Numbered from the stretch's first letter, positions 37,543-47,856 are shown. The stretch: DNA of 64,000 nt from Dehalococcoidia bacterium (GCA_022822855.1 JAJDYG010000040.1:159905-223904), one strand, 5' to 3'. Numbers and translations are program-made. Notes: a model not told the origin generated them from the sequence alone.

Positions 37543-40500
37543 TCAGTGCCAGTCGTGGCTGCTGGGCAAGGAGATGTCGGCGCCGATGGCTTCGACTCGC
37601 TCGGCGGCGATGTTGGTCGTGCCGTCCCAGCGGTCGATCCGGCCCGAGAGCAGGATGATCTGATTGGACAGCGCCCGCCGGCTGCGAGCGAACACCTGAG
37701 GTGAGATGACGGCCTGGACGTCGCCGGTCTCATCCTCGATCGTGACGAAGACCATCCCCCCCGCGCCTTGCGGGTGCTGGCGCGCGATCGGCCAACCGGC
37801 GACGCGGATGCGTTCGCCGTCTCTGGCGCCGTAGGTATCGGCCGTCGTGCGCACGCCCGCGTCGAGCCTGGGCCGGATGAACTCCATCACGTGGCCGCGG
37901 GGGTAGATGCCGAGCGCACGGTACTCGCTGACCATCTTCTGATAGTCGCTGATGTCCTCGAATCGCGGCGGCGCGTCCTCGCCGATGATCGGGAAGGCGC
38001 GCTGTCCGTTGCGAGCGGGACGAATCGAGAGTCCCGCCTCCCAGAGCGCGGCGCGGCGGTTGGGAGTGAGCGTGTCGAACGCGCCCGCCTCGATGAGCGA
38101 ACGGACAGCCTGCGGCTTGAGTCCGGTGCGACGCACGAGCTCGCCCGCGTCGGCGTACGGGCCGCCACGCTCGCGCTCCTCAACGATCAATCGCGCTGAC
38201 TCGGAGCCGATGTCTTTGACCATGCCCAGGCCCAGGCGGGCCGCGCCATCCTCCGGGGAGCAGCGGATCTGGCTGCAATTGATGCAGGGATTGAGGAACG
38301 GCACGCCGAACCGGCGCGCGTCCTGTTTCAACGCCTCCAGCGGATAGAAGCCCATCGGCTGTTGGTTGAGCAACGAGACGAAGAACTCCAGTGGGTAGTA
38401 ACACTTGAGCCAGGCAGCCTGGTAGGCAGTGATCGCAAAGGCGTGCGAGTGCGACTCGGGGAACATGTAATGCCCGTTGATCTTGGCGAAGATGCGCTCA
38501 GCGGTATCCGCCGGGACGTCGTTCGCGCTGGCGCCCTCGAGGAAGCGCTTGAGGTGCGCCGCGATCAGATGCGCGTTGTTGGGCTTGGCGAAGGCGCGGC
38601 GCACCTCATCGGCCTCGGCCGCAGTCATCCCGGCCACGTCCATGATGAGCTGCACGACCTGCTCCTGCCAGACGATGATGCCGTAGCCACGCTTCAACGC
38701 GCGTTCCTCCAGCGGGTGGTCGTACTCCCACTCGGCCCCGTGTCGGTAGCGCTCGACGAACTGGCTGACGGCGCTGCCCTGGGTGCCCACGCCGGGCCGG
38801 ATCAGCGCGACCTGGTAGGCCAGATCCCGCAGGTTGCGCGACTTGAGCCGCTGACCCATCTTGAGCTGGGCCGGCGACTGGAGCAGGAAGACGCCCTTCG
38901 CCCGGCCCTCGTTGATCAGGTCGTAGACTCCATCGTCCTCGGGACTGATCTGGCTCAGGTCGGGCCGCAGGCCTTCGCGCTGTTCGATCAGGTCGAGCGC
39001 TTCCTCGAGCTGGTCGAGTACAGGCAACGAGAGCAAGTCGATCTTGGCGAAGTTGGCGTCCGCCACGCTGTCCTTGTTCCAGTCCATGATGTAGCGGCCG
39101 GTGATCGCGCCGGCCCGCACCGGAACCATTTCCGGAATCGGCGAGTCGCTCAAGATCATTCCGCCCACGTGCTGGCCGAGTCCGCGCGGCGCGTCGATCA
39201 GCTGGGGCGCGAGCGTGATGAGGTCGCGCCAGCCGTACTCTTCGACCTTGTCTCGGAATGCGGGCAGTTGCTCCATCTGCTCACGCAGATCGCCCCCGCC
39301 GCGCGAGTGCAGATGCTCCGACAACGATCGCAGATCGTCCGGCAGCAGGCCCAGCGCCTTGCCCAGATCCTGGATGGCGCCCTTCAGCGAGTAGGTCGAG
39401 ATCGCCCCGGCCAGGACGGCGTAGTTACGACCGAAGTGTTCATGCACTCGCCGGATCAGTTCCTCGCGCAGCTCGCGGGGGAAGTCGAGGTCAATGTCCG
39501 GCAGCGAAGTCATGTCGTCCGGCAAGAAGCGCTCCAGCGAGAGATTCCACTTGAGCGGATCGATGTGACTGATCCCGATCAGGTAGCCGACCAGCAACGC
39601 GACCGAAGAACCGCGACCGCGTCCGGGCGGGCGCTGCTCCAGCGGCGTCTCCGGTTCGATCAGGCCGCGCTCTTCCATGATGCCCCGGGCCAGTTGCACG
39701 ATCTCGCGGTAGAGCAGCAGGAACCCGGCTAGTTCGTGTCGCTCGATTAGGCGGAACTCTTCGTCCAGACGTTGCTTGACCTCCTCGGTGACAACGCCGT
39801 AGCGCCGCGCAGCGGCTTCCTCGCAGAGACGCCGGAGGTATGTCTCGGGCACATAGCGCAGCGGCACCGGCGGATCAGGCAGGGTGTAGCCAAGGTCGGC
39901 GTCGAGATTGAAGGAGCACTGCTCGGCGATGCGTTGGGTATTGCAGAGCGCTTCGGGGAGGTCGGCGAAGAGCTGCGCCATCTCCGCCTCGGACTTGAGG
40001 TGCAGATGGTGGTTCGGATGAAGATGGCGCAGCGCCTGATCGAGCGTGGTGTTGTGTTTCGCGGCGACCAGCGCCTGTTGCAGGCGGTGGCGCTCGGGCG
40101 CGTGGTAGTGCGCGTTATTCGTGGCTACGAGCTGTGCGCCGACCTCACGGCCCAGCGAGACCAGCTCGCGATTCCGCTCGCTGTCGCCGCGCAGGAAGTT
40201 CTGTTGCAGCTCGACGTAGACCGAGTCCGCGCCGTACCACTCCCGATAGCTCCCAAGTAAGGCGCGCGCTTCTGCGCGGCATCCCTCCAGGACGAGCCGA
40301 GAGAGCGGTCCGTCGCGGCCACCGCTGAGCAGGACGAGACCTCCAGCATGAGCGGCCAGGTGCGCAGGATCGAGTTTCGGTTCGCGCCGATCGACCTCGT
40401 TGGCCAGCGTGAACAGCCGCGAGAGGTTGGCATAACCTGCGCGTGTTTTGGTCAGCAAGACGAGGCGGGAGCCGTCCGTCAGGGTGAGTTCGCCGCCCGT

Positions 40501-40683
40501 GATCGGCTGGACCTCGAGGCTGTTGGCCAACCGCGCGAACTCCAGCGCGCCGCAGAGGTTGGTATCGGTCAGGGCGAGCGCCGGCATCCCGAACTCGGTC
40601 GCCTGCGTGAGGAGTTCGTGGACATGAGACGCGCCCAGGCCGAAAGAAAAAAAACTTTTCGCGTGCAGCTCGACGTAGGTCAT
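37543..40683 (-). CDS. dnaE2: Error-prone DNA polymerase III alpha subunit DnaE2/ImuC
   Basis: YVELHAKSFFSF PHP start, GRGS, PDIDLDF, GQHVGG, KIDLLSL, FPESHSHAFA, NQQPMGFY, OB-fold end; ATG overlaps the imuB stop. Confidence 0.95.
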   Translation of the reverse strand: MTYVELHAKSFFSFGLGASHVHELLTQATEFGMPALALTDTNLCGALEFARLANSLEVQPITGGELTLTDGSRLVLLTKTRAGYANLSRLFTLANEVDRREPKLDPAHLAAHAGGLVLLSGGRDGPLSRLVLEGCRAEARALLGSYREWYGADSVYVELQQNFLRGDSERNRELVSLGREVGAQLVATNNAHYHAPERHRLQQALVAAKHNTTLDQALRHLHPNHHLHLKSEAEMAQLFADLPEALCNTQRIAEQCSFNLDADLGYTLPDPPVPLRYVPETYLRRLCEEAAARRYGVVTEEVKQRLDEEFRLIERHELAGFLLLYREIVQLARGIMEERGLIEPETPLEQRPPGRGRGSSVALLVGYLIGISHIDPLKWNLSLERFLPDDMTSLPDIDLDFPRELREELIRRVHEHFGRNYAVLAGAISTYSLKGAIQDLGKALGLLPDDLRSLSEHLHSRGGGDLREQMEQLPAFRDKVEEYGWRDLITLAPQLIDAPRGLGQHVGGMILSDSPIPEMVPVRAGAITGRYIMDWNKDSVADANFAKIDLLSLPVLDQLEEALDLIEQREGLRPDLSQISPEDDGVYDLINEGRAKGVFLLQSPAQLKMGQRLKSRNLRDLAYQVALIRPGVGTQGSAVSQFVERYRHGAEWEYDHPLEERALKRGYGIIVWQEQVVQLIMDVAGMTAAEADEVRRAFAKPNNAHLIAAHLKRFLEGASANDVPADTAERIFAKINGHYMFPESHSHAFAITAYQAAWLKCYYPLEFFVSLLNQQPMGFYPLEALKQDARRFGVPFLNPCINCSQIRCSPEDGAARLGLGMVKDIGSESARLIVEERERGGPYADAGELVRRTGLKPQAVRSLIEAGAFDTLTPNRRAALWEAGLSIRPARNGQRAFPIIGEDAPPRFEDISDYQKMVSEYRALGIYPRGHVMEFIRPRLDAGVRTTADTYGARDGERIRVAGWPIARQHPQGAGGMVFVTIEDETGDVQAVISPQVFARSRRALSNQIILLSGRIDRWDGTTNIAAERVEAIGADISLPSSHDWH

Positions 40684-42149
40684 GCCGCCGCGCCCTGCTG
40701 GTACCAGCGGTCTTCGCGCTGGTCGCGAAAAAGTGTGAGCTGGCTCCCATCCGCCTGGCTGACCCGGTAGTAGGAGCGCGTCACGGGCGTTTGCCGCCAC
40801 CAGAGGTCGAAGCTCCATTGATCCTCGATCCGCGTCACTTCGCGCCAGCGCTCGCCGATCCGAACCGCGCGTGGTTCCCGCGCAGGCCCCTCGCGGACTG
40901 CGACGCTGTCTGGCGTCGTCAACGGTTGCATGCCGTCGTCGGCCGACGGATCGATCGAGACCTGTACCGTGCGCTGCTCCGGGACAGGATGCCAGGGCGC
41001 GACCTCGACCAGGCGGCGGAGCGAGCGCTTGCCGTTCAGCCGCGCCTGGAGCCGCCGTTCGGTCTCCAGCAGGCGCTGCTCGCGGTCGTGGCGCAGATCG
41101 GGGAAGAAGGAGGCTTGCACTCCAGCCGCGCCGCTGAGGTTGGTCAGCGTGAGTGTCATCGCTTCGACCGGCGCTCGCGGGTGCTCAGTTTCCAGCCGCG
41201 CCTTGATGATCTCGGCGGCCCGTCGCCAGTGGCCGGCGCGATTCTTGAAATGGAAGGCTCGCTCCCAGGCCGGCGCGTCTTCGAGCTCGCAGACCAGCGT
41301 CGCCGTCCCCGCATAACGGCCCTGCATCCGCGGCTGCGCATAGGCGCGCTGGAGCAAGGTCTCCACCGCTGCCCGCAGGAGCTCGAGCGTGGTCGACTCG
41401 ACGGGCAGCGAGAGCGTCTCCGTGATCGGCTCCATGTACGCCCGAGGCTGCAGCGGACGCTCGTCGATCCCGTTGGCCAGCTCCCAGACGCGACGCCCCT
41501 CGTGTCCGAAGCGGTCGAGCAATGCGTGCGCTTCCTGCGCTGCGACATCGCCCAGTGTGTTAAGTCCGAGCTGGTGCAACTCTTCCCGCAGCCCGGACGA
41601 GCAGGGAAGCAGATCGATCGAGTGCGGCGCGAGAAACGCCGCCGGAGCGCGAGACACTGTGGTCACGCCCGATGAGCGGCGCACCCGAGCCGCGACGAAC
41701 GAGATGAACTTGTTCGCTGCGATCCCGATACGCGGCTCAAGGTGATCGGGCACGGAGCGAAGCAGAGCGTCGTACAACGGCGCCTCGCCGCCGTGCATCG
41801 CGGCCAACCCGCCCAGCCCCAGATAGGCGACGCCCAGTTCCTCGCCTTCAACCCGATCACTCACCTGTTCAAGAGCACCGAGCATCTGCTCGAACATCTG
41901 CCGATAGTGCGGCTCGTCCGCCTCCAGGACCACGGCATTGGGCTGGATCGAGAGCGCCTGCCGCAGATTCCGGCCCAGCGTCCGACACGACGCCGCCGGG
42001 AGATGATCGATCACCACCGCCTGGTCAGCGGAACGATCCACGATCACGCCGGCGCGATCCACCAACTCCGGCCGCCGCGCCAACTCCAGGCGCGCGCGTA
42101 AATGCGTGACCAGGACACAGGAGATCGGCGAAGTCTGTTTCATCTGCAT
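40680..42149 (-). CDS. imuB: ImuB-like inactive Y-family polymerase with a C-terminal WW-containing extension
   Basis: Y-family fold motifs (RIGIAANKF.S..AA, LHQLGL.TLGDV) without the catalytic DxD; C-terminal DQWSFDLWW...RSYYRV...LFRD. Confidence 0.85.
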   Translation of the reverse strand: MQMKQTSPISCVLVTHLRARLELARRPELVDRAGVIVDRSADQAVVIDHLPAASCRTLGRNLRQALSIQPNAVVLEADEPHYRQMFEQMLGALEQVSDRVEGEELGVAYLGLGGLAAMHGGEAPLYDALLRSVPDHLEPRIGIAANKFISFVAARVRRSSGVTTVSRAPAAFLAPHSIDLLPCSSGLREELHQLGLNTLGDVAAQEAHALLDRFGHEGRRVWELANGIDERPLQPRAYMEPITETLSLPVESTTLELLRAAVETLLQRAYAQPRMQGRYAGTATLVCELEDAPAWERAFHFKNRAGHWRRAAEIIKARLETEHPRAPVEAMTLTLTNLSGAAGVQASFFPDLRHDREQRLLETERRLQARLNGKRSLRRLVEVAPWHPVPEQRTVQVSIDPSADDGMQPLTTPDSVAVREGPAREPRAVRIGERWREVTRIEDQWSFDLWWRQTPVTRSYYRVSQADGSQLTLFRDQREDRWYQQGAAA

Positions 42150-42177
42150 CTCATCTCAGAGTCACTACATATGATAC

Positions 42178-42191
42178 AGAACTTGAGTTCT
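42178..42191. promoter_or_regulatory. LexA (SOS) box controlling imuB-dnaE2
   Basis: AGAAC-TTGA-GTTCT, perfect GAAC-N4-GTTC, about 30 nt upstream of imuB in an AT-rich promoter region. Confidence 0.85.
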
Positions 42192-42302
42192 CTTTATGTA
42201 TAGAGCCTCTCACTCGCCCTCTCACTCGCAACGCGACAGACGATGAATCATCTCCCCTATCCTGATCCTCTGAGATTGTGATTCCAGCGAGTGGGGTGAG
42301 CC

Positions 42303-43418
42303 ATGCCCGTCGAATTCCTCGGCATGATCGGCGTCAAGCCGTCCGAATCCAACGCCGCCATGCACATCATCGGCGGCGGCATCGACCACGATTACCTCTG
42401 TCGATTCACCAAAGCCCACGAAGACTCCGACTTCGACGGCGTCCTTGTCGGCTACACCTCCGCCTCCGCCGACGGTCTCCACGTCGCCCAGGCCGCCGCC
42501 GCCTGCTCGGACCGGATCAAGTTCCTCATCGCCCACCGACCAGGGTTCGTCGCCCCGACCCTCGCCGCGCGCAAGTTCTCTACCCTCGACTTCTTCACCA
42601 ACGGTCGCGTCTCAGTCCACATCATCACCGGCGGACACGACGTCGAGCAGCGCCGCGACGGCGACTGGAAGACCCACGACGAGCGTTACCGACGCACCGA
42701 CGAATACCTCAGCATTATGCGCCGTACCTGGGAGCACGACGCTCACGGGCGCGAGCCGTTCGACTTCGAGGGCGAGTTCTACCAGGTCGTCGGACAGAAT
42801 CCCGAGGTCGCGCCGGTCCAGCCGGGCGGCATCCCCCTCTACTTCGGCGGCGCATCCGACATCGCCTTCGAAATCGGCGTCAAGCACGCCGACGTCTACA
42901 TGATGTGGGGCGAACCCCGCGCCTCGATCGCCTCAACCATCGAACGCGTCCACGAGGGCGCTGCCAAGCACGGCCGCAAGCCCAGACTCTCCGTGTCCTT
43001 CCGCCCGATCATCGCCCCGACCGAGGAGCAGGCCTGGGAAAAGGCCCACAACTACCTCGCCGCCGTGCAGAAGCTGGCCAAGCAACCGCTCGACTTCCGG
43101 CCCCAGTCGCGAGGTTCGCAGCGGCTGCTCGAGTTCGCCGCCAAGGGCGAAATCCACGACGAGCGCCTCTGGATGCCGATCGCCGAAGCCAGTGGCGCCG
43201 CCGGCAACAGCACCGCGCTCGTCGGCACGCCCGAGCAGGTTGCCGAAGTCCTGCTCAAGTACATCGACCTGGGTGTATCGACGATCCTGATCCGCGGCTT
43301 CGAACCGCTGCCCGACGCGATCGACTACGGCCAGGAACTCATCCCGATGGTCAAGCAGGAAGTCGCCCGCCGCGACGCCGAAGCCGAGCGTCAGGACGCT
43401 GCCGCAGTCGCGGACTGA
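42303..43418 (+). CDS. LLM-class flavin-dependent monooxygenase (SsuD/alkanesulfonate monooxygenase-like)
   Basis: FLIAHRPGF, GRVSVHIITGG, RYRRTDEYL, PLYFGGAS, ALVGTPEQVA. Confidence 0.92.
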   Translation: MPVEFLGMIGVKPSESNAAMHIIGGGIDHDYLCRFTKAHEDSDFDGVLVGYTSASADGLHVAQAAAACSDRIKFLIAHRPGFVAPTLAARKFSTLDFFTNGRVSVHIITGGHDVEQRRDGDWKTHDERYRRTDEYLSIMRRTWEHDAHGREPFDFEGEFYQVVGQNPEVAPVQPGGIPLYFGGASDIAFEIGVKHADVYMMWGEPRASIASTIERVHEGAAKHGRKPRLSVSFRPIIAPTEEQAWEKAHNYLAAVQKLAKQPLDFRPQSRGSQRLLEFAAKGEIHDERLWMPIAEASGAAGNSTALVGTPEQVAEVLLKYIDLGVSTILIRGFEPLPDAIDYGQELIPMVKQEVARRDAEAERQDAAAVAD

Positions 43419-43420
43419 TC

Positions 43421-44551
43421 ATGAACGACGCCGAACGCCGAATCCGCGCCTACGAGGAAATGGGCGACCATCGCACTGGCCGCGAGGCGGACAACCACGC
43501 GACCTGGTGGATGACTGAGGAACTGCACAAGGTCGGCGTCGACGCCGACTGGCAGACCTGGCGCTTTCCCCGTGTCGAAATCCACGATGCGTCAGTCCGC
43601 TTCGGCGGCTGGGACATTCCCGCCGTTCCGACCTTCGATTGCACCTTCACCGATCACAACGGGGTGACCGGCGTCCTGCGCCGAGACAACGGCCCGGGCA
43701 TCGTCGTCTGGGAATTCGCGCCCGACGATCAGGAACGCATGGCCGCCGGCATCTACACCTCCTTCGAACTCGCCCGCGCCGACGGCGTTGACGGAATCAT
43801 CATGATCATGGGCGATCCCGACGGTTATCCGGTGGTCCGCAACGCCGAGCGCCCGCTCGATCCAATCGACCTGCCCGTCCTGCAAGTCGCTCCAATGGAC
43901 GCCGGCCCGATCCTGGACGCCATCGGCTCCGAGGCGACGATGATCGTGGACGGCGGCCGTGTCGACGCGCCTGCAGATAACGTCGTCGCGACGATTCCGG
44001 GTACTGATCCTGACGCCGCACCGGTCACGCTGATGACGCCCAAGTCCGGTTGGTACACCTGCGCCGCCGAGCGCGGCGGCGGCATTGCCATCTGGATGGA
44101 AATCGCTGGCCGAGTCGCCGCCAGTCCCGGCCGCCGACCCCTCAACCTCGTCGCCTCAAGCGGACACGAACTCCACCACCTCGGCCTCGATCACTACATC
44201 AGCGAGTTGGGAGACGCCGCTCACGAAGTCCACGCCTGGATGCACCTCGGAGCCTCAATCGGCTCCCGCAACGGACAACCCAGCTACGCCGCCTCCGACG
44301 ACGAGCTTTTCGATGTCGCGACCAAAGCGCTGACCAAGCAAGGCCTCGAGCGTCGAGCCTTCCCGGTCGGCAACGCGGGATTCGGAGAAGCGCGAAACAT
44401 CGGAGAGATCAACGGCCGCTTCGCCTCCTTCCTCGGAGGCCACCCCTATTTCCACAGCCCGCTCGACACCTACGACCGCTGCGTCGACCCGGAATCCTTG
44501 GCCAAGCACACCGACGCCGCCGAGCAAATCGTTCGCTACATGCTCACCTAA
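43421..44551 (+). CDS. PA-domain / M28 peptidase-like protein with atypical metal ligands
   Basis: PA-like insert, NVVATIPG, ERGGG, SGHE, HLGA, YFHSPLD; starts 2 nt after the LLM stop. Confidence 0.7.
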   Translation: MNDAERRIRAYEEMGDHRTGREADNHATWWMTEELHKVGVDADWQTWRFPRVEIHDASVRFGGWDIPAVPTFDCTFTDHNGVTGVLRRDNGPGIVVWEFAPDDQERMAAGIYTSFELARADGVDGIIMIMGDPDGYPVVRNAERPLDPIDLPVLQVAPMDAGPILDAIGSEATMIVDGGRVDAPADNVVATIPGTDPDAAPVTLMTPKSGWYTCAAERGGGIAIWMEIAGRVAASPGRRPLNLVASSGHELHHLGLDHYISELGDAAHEVHAWMHLGASIGSRNGQPSYAASDDELFDVATKALTKQGLERRAFPVGNAGFGEARNIGEINGRFASFLGGHPYFHSPLDTYDRCVDPESLAKHTDAAEQIVRYMLT

Positions 44552-44556
44552 GCCCT

Positions 44557-44586
44557 CCGTCATTCCTGCGTAGGCAGGAATGACGG
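44557..44586. repeat. dRS3-like REP palindrome between convergent genes
   Basis: CCGTCATTCCTGCGTAGGCAGGAATGACGG. Confidence 0.75.
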
Positions 44587-44592
44587 CGAGAG

Positions 44593-45834
44593 TCAGACGA
44601 CTCCAGACCGCCGCAGCCGGGACAATTCCGAGCCGCCAACCCCCACCTCCGACAACACCTCAGCCGTGTGTTCCCCCAGCAGCGGCGGCCGACGCCGAAT
44701 CGCCCACGGACTCTCGCTCAGCTTATAGGGCGCGCCCGGCAACCTGATCGGCTCCTCGAACTCCGGATGCTCGATCTCCGCCCAGAATTCTCGCGCCGCC
44801 AGGTGCTCCGATTCTGCCACCTCGCCGATTGTGTGGACTGGTTGAAACGAGATGTGGTTCTCGCCGAACAGCTCCATCAGTTCGGCCTTCGTCCGCTCCT
44901 TCATCCAGGGATGCCAGAAGGCGTCAAGCGCCTCGGTGTGCTGGAACGCGAGCCAGCGGTTCTGCAGCCGTTCGTCGTGCTGCCAGTCGGGGTCGCCCAT
45001 CAGCTCCATGAACCGGTTCCACTGGCGGTCGACCATCGTGATCACTTCGTAGTAGCCGTCCTTGACCGGCGTTACCTGCCAGGGATAGAAGGCGTTCATG
45101 TGCGTGCCGGCGCGGCCTCTCGACTGACCGGTGAAGACGAACGGCGCGACCCCCGCGCCGGCCATCACGTTGCTGATGATGTCGACAATCGACAGCCAGG
45201 CATGCTGCCCCTGACCATCCTCGCGCGCCGCCCGGCGGGCCAGCAGCGCCGCGATCGCCGCATGAATCCCCCCCTGGAATTGCGGAGCGTCATACGGAAG
45301 CCCAAGCGGCGACCGATCCGGATCGCCGATTCGATACGAGATCCCGCTCGCCAACGACGCGATCAACGATTCCGCCTGCCAGCCCTCGCGCTGCGTCCCG
45401 ATCCCGAACACGGTGATCGTGACCTGGTTGAATTCTGGTGTGTCGGACGACAGGTCCTCCCAGGTCAAGCCCAGCTCTCGTTGCTCGGCGATGTGCCTCG
45501 ATGTGATCACCATCCCGCAGCGATGCGCCAGATCTCGATAGATCCGCCGGCCGGTTGCAGAGTCAAGGTCCAACGTCACGCTGCGCTTGTTGGTGTCGAG
45601 AAAGAGGTGCAGACCGCTGCGTTCGCGACCCGGTCGGTCGGCCATGAACGGAGGCTTGCGGCGCACCTCGTCGCCGCCCGGCGCTTCGACCTTGATCACG
45701 TCCGCGCCAAGATCGGCCAGCAGCTTGCCCGCATACGACGCCGCTATCCCGCCGCCATCCTCGAGGACCGTCATCCCCGCCAACGCCGCCAAGGCAGGGG
45801 ACGGCTCGGCTTCCCTCGTCGTTTCGGTCGTCAT
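44593..45834 (-). CDS. Family III CoA-transferase (CaiB/BaiF)
   Basis: GKLLADLGADVIKVEAPGGD, TNKRSVTLDL, PPLLGEHT. Confidence 0.92.
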   Translation of the reverse strand: MTTETTREAEPSPALAALAGMTVLEDGGGIAASYAGKLLADLGADVIKVEAPGGDEVRRKPPFMADRPGRERSGLHLFLDTNKRSVTLDLDSATGRRIYRDLAHRCGMVITSRHIAEQRELGLTWEDLSSDTPEFNQVTITVFGIGTQREGWQAESLIASLASGISYRIGDPDRSPLGLPYDAPQFQGGIHAAIAALLARRAAREDGQGQHAWLSIVDIISNVMAGAGVAPFVFTGQSRGRAGTHMNAFYPWQVTPVKDGYYEVITMVDRQWNRFMELMGDPDWQHDERLQNRWLAFQHTEALDAFWHPWMKERTKAELMELFGENHISFQPVHTIGEVAESEHLAAREFWAEIEHPEFEEPIRLPGAPYKLSESPWAIRRRPPLLGEHTAEVLSEVGVGGSELSRLRRSGVV

Positions 45835-45896
45835 GGCAGAGAGGGTAGCGTTAGCCTCTGTGCAGGCTTGAGCAGGCAGTGAGGAGGACGGACACC

Positions 45897-46718
45897 ATGG
45901 ATGACTTGAGCGGCAAGGTGGCATTGGTGACGGGCGCCGGATCGGGTATCGGACGAGGCATCGCGCTCGCCTGCGCCGACGAGGGGATGCACGTGATCCT
46001 GGCCGACGTGCAGGAGGGCACGGCCCAGGCCGTCGCGGCCGAGGTCGAGGCGAAGGAGGTCCAGGCGCTTCCGGTCGACCTCGACGTCACCGACACCGTG
46101 AGCTATGAGTGGCTGGCCGAACAGGTCTACGCGGAGTTTGGCGAACTCAACCTGCTCGTCAACAACGCCGGAGTGATGACCGCCGGATCGGTCAGCCAGT
46201 CGACCCAGGCCGACTGGGATTGGACATTCGCGGTCAACCTGACCGGGGTGGTCAACGGCATCCAGACGTTCCTCCCGCGAATGCGGGCGCAGGACGGCGA
46301 GGCGCACATCGTCAACACGGTCTCCATGGCCGGGCTGCGGCTGAACGAGGTCGTCCAGCTCGGCGTCTACAGCGCCAGCAAACATGCCGCGTTCGCATAC
46401 ACCGAGTCGCTGCGCAGCGAGTTGGCCGCCGAGGGCATCGGCGTCTCAGCGCTCTGCCCCGGCGGCGTCGACACACTGATTGGAGAGGCTGGACGCAACC
46501 GCCCCGATCAGTTCGGCGGGCCCCGAGAGGGCCCCGAACCCGGTTTCAGCCCCGGGATGATGTCGCAGCAGATGGATCCCGAAGACGTCGGCCGCATCGT
46601 GGTCAAGGGCGTCAAGGCCAACCGCTGGCTGATCTTCTCGCACCCCGAACTGCGCTCGCACGTCGAGCGCCGCTACCAACGGATCATGGACGACTTCGAC
46701 TTTTTCGCCAACGAATGA
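45897..46718 (+). CDS. Short-chain dehydrogenase/reductase
   Basis: TGAGSGIG, NNAG, YSASK; GAGGAGG RBS. Confidence 0.95.
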   Translation: MDDLSGKVALVTGAGSGIGRGIALACADEGMHVILADVQEGTAQAVAAEVEAKEVQALPVDLDVTDTVSYEWLAEQVYAEFGELNLLVNNAGVMTAGSVSQSTQADWDWTFAVNLTGVVNGIQTFLPRMRAQDGEAHIVNTVSMAGLRLNEVVQLGVYSASKHAAFAYTESLRSELAAEGIGVSALCPGGVDTLIGEAGRNRPDQFGGPREGPEPGFSPGMMSQQMDPEDVGRIVVKGVKANRWLIFSHPELRSHVERRYQRIMDDFDFFANE

Positions 46719-46720
46719 TT

Positions 46721-46751
46721 CGTCATACCCGCAGCAAGCGCGGGTATGACG
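46721..46751. repeat. REP-like palindrome
   Basis: CGTCATACCCGCAGCAAGCGCGGGTATGACG. Confidence 0.75.
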
Positions 46752-46771
46752 GTAGAACCTAGGAGCAGCAG

Positions 46772-47722
46772 GTGAGCACCGAACACACTTCCCACAACGA
46801 CATCCTTCCCGCGCCCGAGGTCGTCGAGGTGTCCGAGGGCATCTTCGCCTACATCCAACACGACGGCTCCTGGTGCCTGAACAACCCGGCTTTCGTCGAC
46901 GCCGGCGGTCAGGTGATCGCCGTCGACGCCTGCGCAACTGAGCGCCGCACGCGCGCCTTCCGCGACGCTATTGCCGGTCTTTCGCCCAACCCGGTCCGTA
47001 CGCTGGTCAACACGCACAGCCACTTCGATCACACCTACGGCAACTTCCTCTTCGCCGACGACGCAGTGATTGTCGGGCACCGCCGTTGCCGCGAGGATGT
47101 GCTGCGCGACGCGCCCGATCTGCCCGAACGCGCGCCGATGATGTTTCCCGGCGTCGAGTGGGGCGAGTTCCGCCCAGCCGCACCGAGCGTCGTCTTCGAC
47201 GACGCCATGACGCTGTTCGCCGGCGATCTCGAACTGCAACTGATCTACCTCTCGCCCGCGCACACCAACACCGACGCCGTCGTCTGGATTCCCGAACGGC
47301 GGGTGCTGATCGCCGGCGACATCGTCTTCAACCAGGGCACTCCGTTCGCGTTGATGGGCTCGGTCGCGGGCTGGCGTTCGGCGCTCGTCCGCCTGAAGGA
47401 GCTACCGATCGAGACCGTGATCGCCGGTCACGGACCGGTCGCCGACGCCTCGGTGCTGGACGAAGTCGACGCCTACCTGGAGTTCGTCCAGGACTCGGCC
47501 CAGGCGGCCTTCGACGGCGGAGTTGATCCGCTTGCCGCGGCCCGCGATCTTGATCTCGGCCGATTCGGGGAGTGGACCGATACGGAGCGCATCGTCGGCA
47601 ACCTACACCGTGCCTACAGCGAACTGCGCGGCGAAGCGTGGGGCGCGGAAATCGACATGCTCGCTGCCATGGGTCAGATGCTCGAGTTCAACGGAGGCCA
47701 GCCCCTCCGCTGCCTGGCCTGA
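46772..47722 (+). CDS. Metallo-beta-lactamase-fold hydrolase (cyclase-like)
   Basis: THSHFDHTYGN, AHT, AGD, GHG motifs. Confidence 0.92.
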   Translation: MSTEHTSHNDILPAPEVVEVSEGIFAYIQHDGSWCLNNPAFVDAGGQVIAVDACATERRTRAFRDAIAGLSPNPVRTLVNTHSHFDHTYGNFLFADDAVIVGHRRCREDVLRDAPDLPERAPMMFPGVEWGEFRPAAPSVVFDDAMTLFAGDLELQLIYLSPAHTNTDAVVWIPERRVLIAGDIVFNQGTPFALMGSVAGWRSALVRLKELPIETVIAGHGPVADASVLDEVDAYLEFVQDSAQAAFDGGVDPLAAARDLDLGRFGEWTDTERIVGNLHRAYSELRGEAWGAEIDMLAAMGQMLEFNGGQPLRCLA

Positions 47723-47753
47723 CAGAGAACACCGCGCTCGCCCAAGAATCTTG

Positions 47754-47856
47754 CTCCCCCTCGCAGGGGGAACTCCCGCGAAACGGGTGAGGGGGTCCTT
47801 CCGACGCTCTGCCCCTCTGTCGCTGCGCGACACCCTGCCCGCAGGGCGGGGGGAGG
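47754..47856. repeat. Inverted pair of CTCCCCC-family REP elements between convergent genes
   Basis: CTCCCCCTCGCAGGGGGAACTCCCGCGAAACGGGTGAGGGGG followed by an inverted CCCCTCTGTCGC..GCGACA...GGGGGAG copy. Confidence 0.7.

Noticed and set aside
42278-44551. 757-aa ORF as one protein
   Set aside because: The first half is an Arg-rich shadow of the LLM gene; the real protein starts at ATG 43421.
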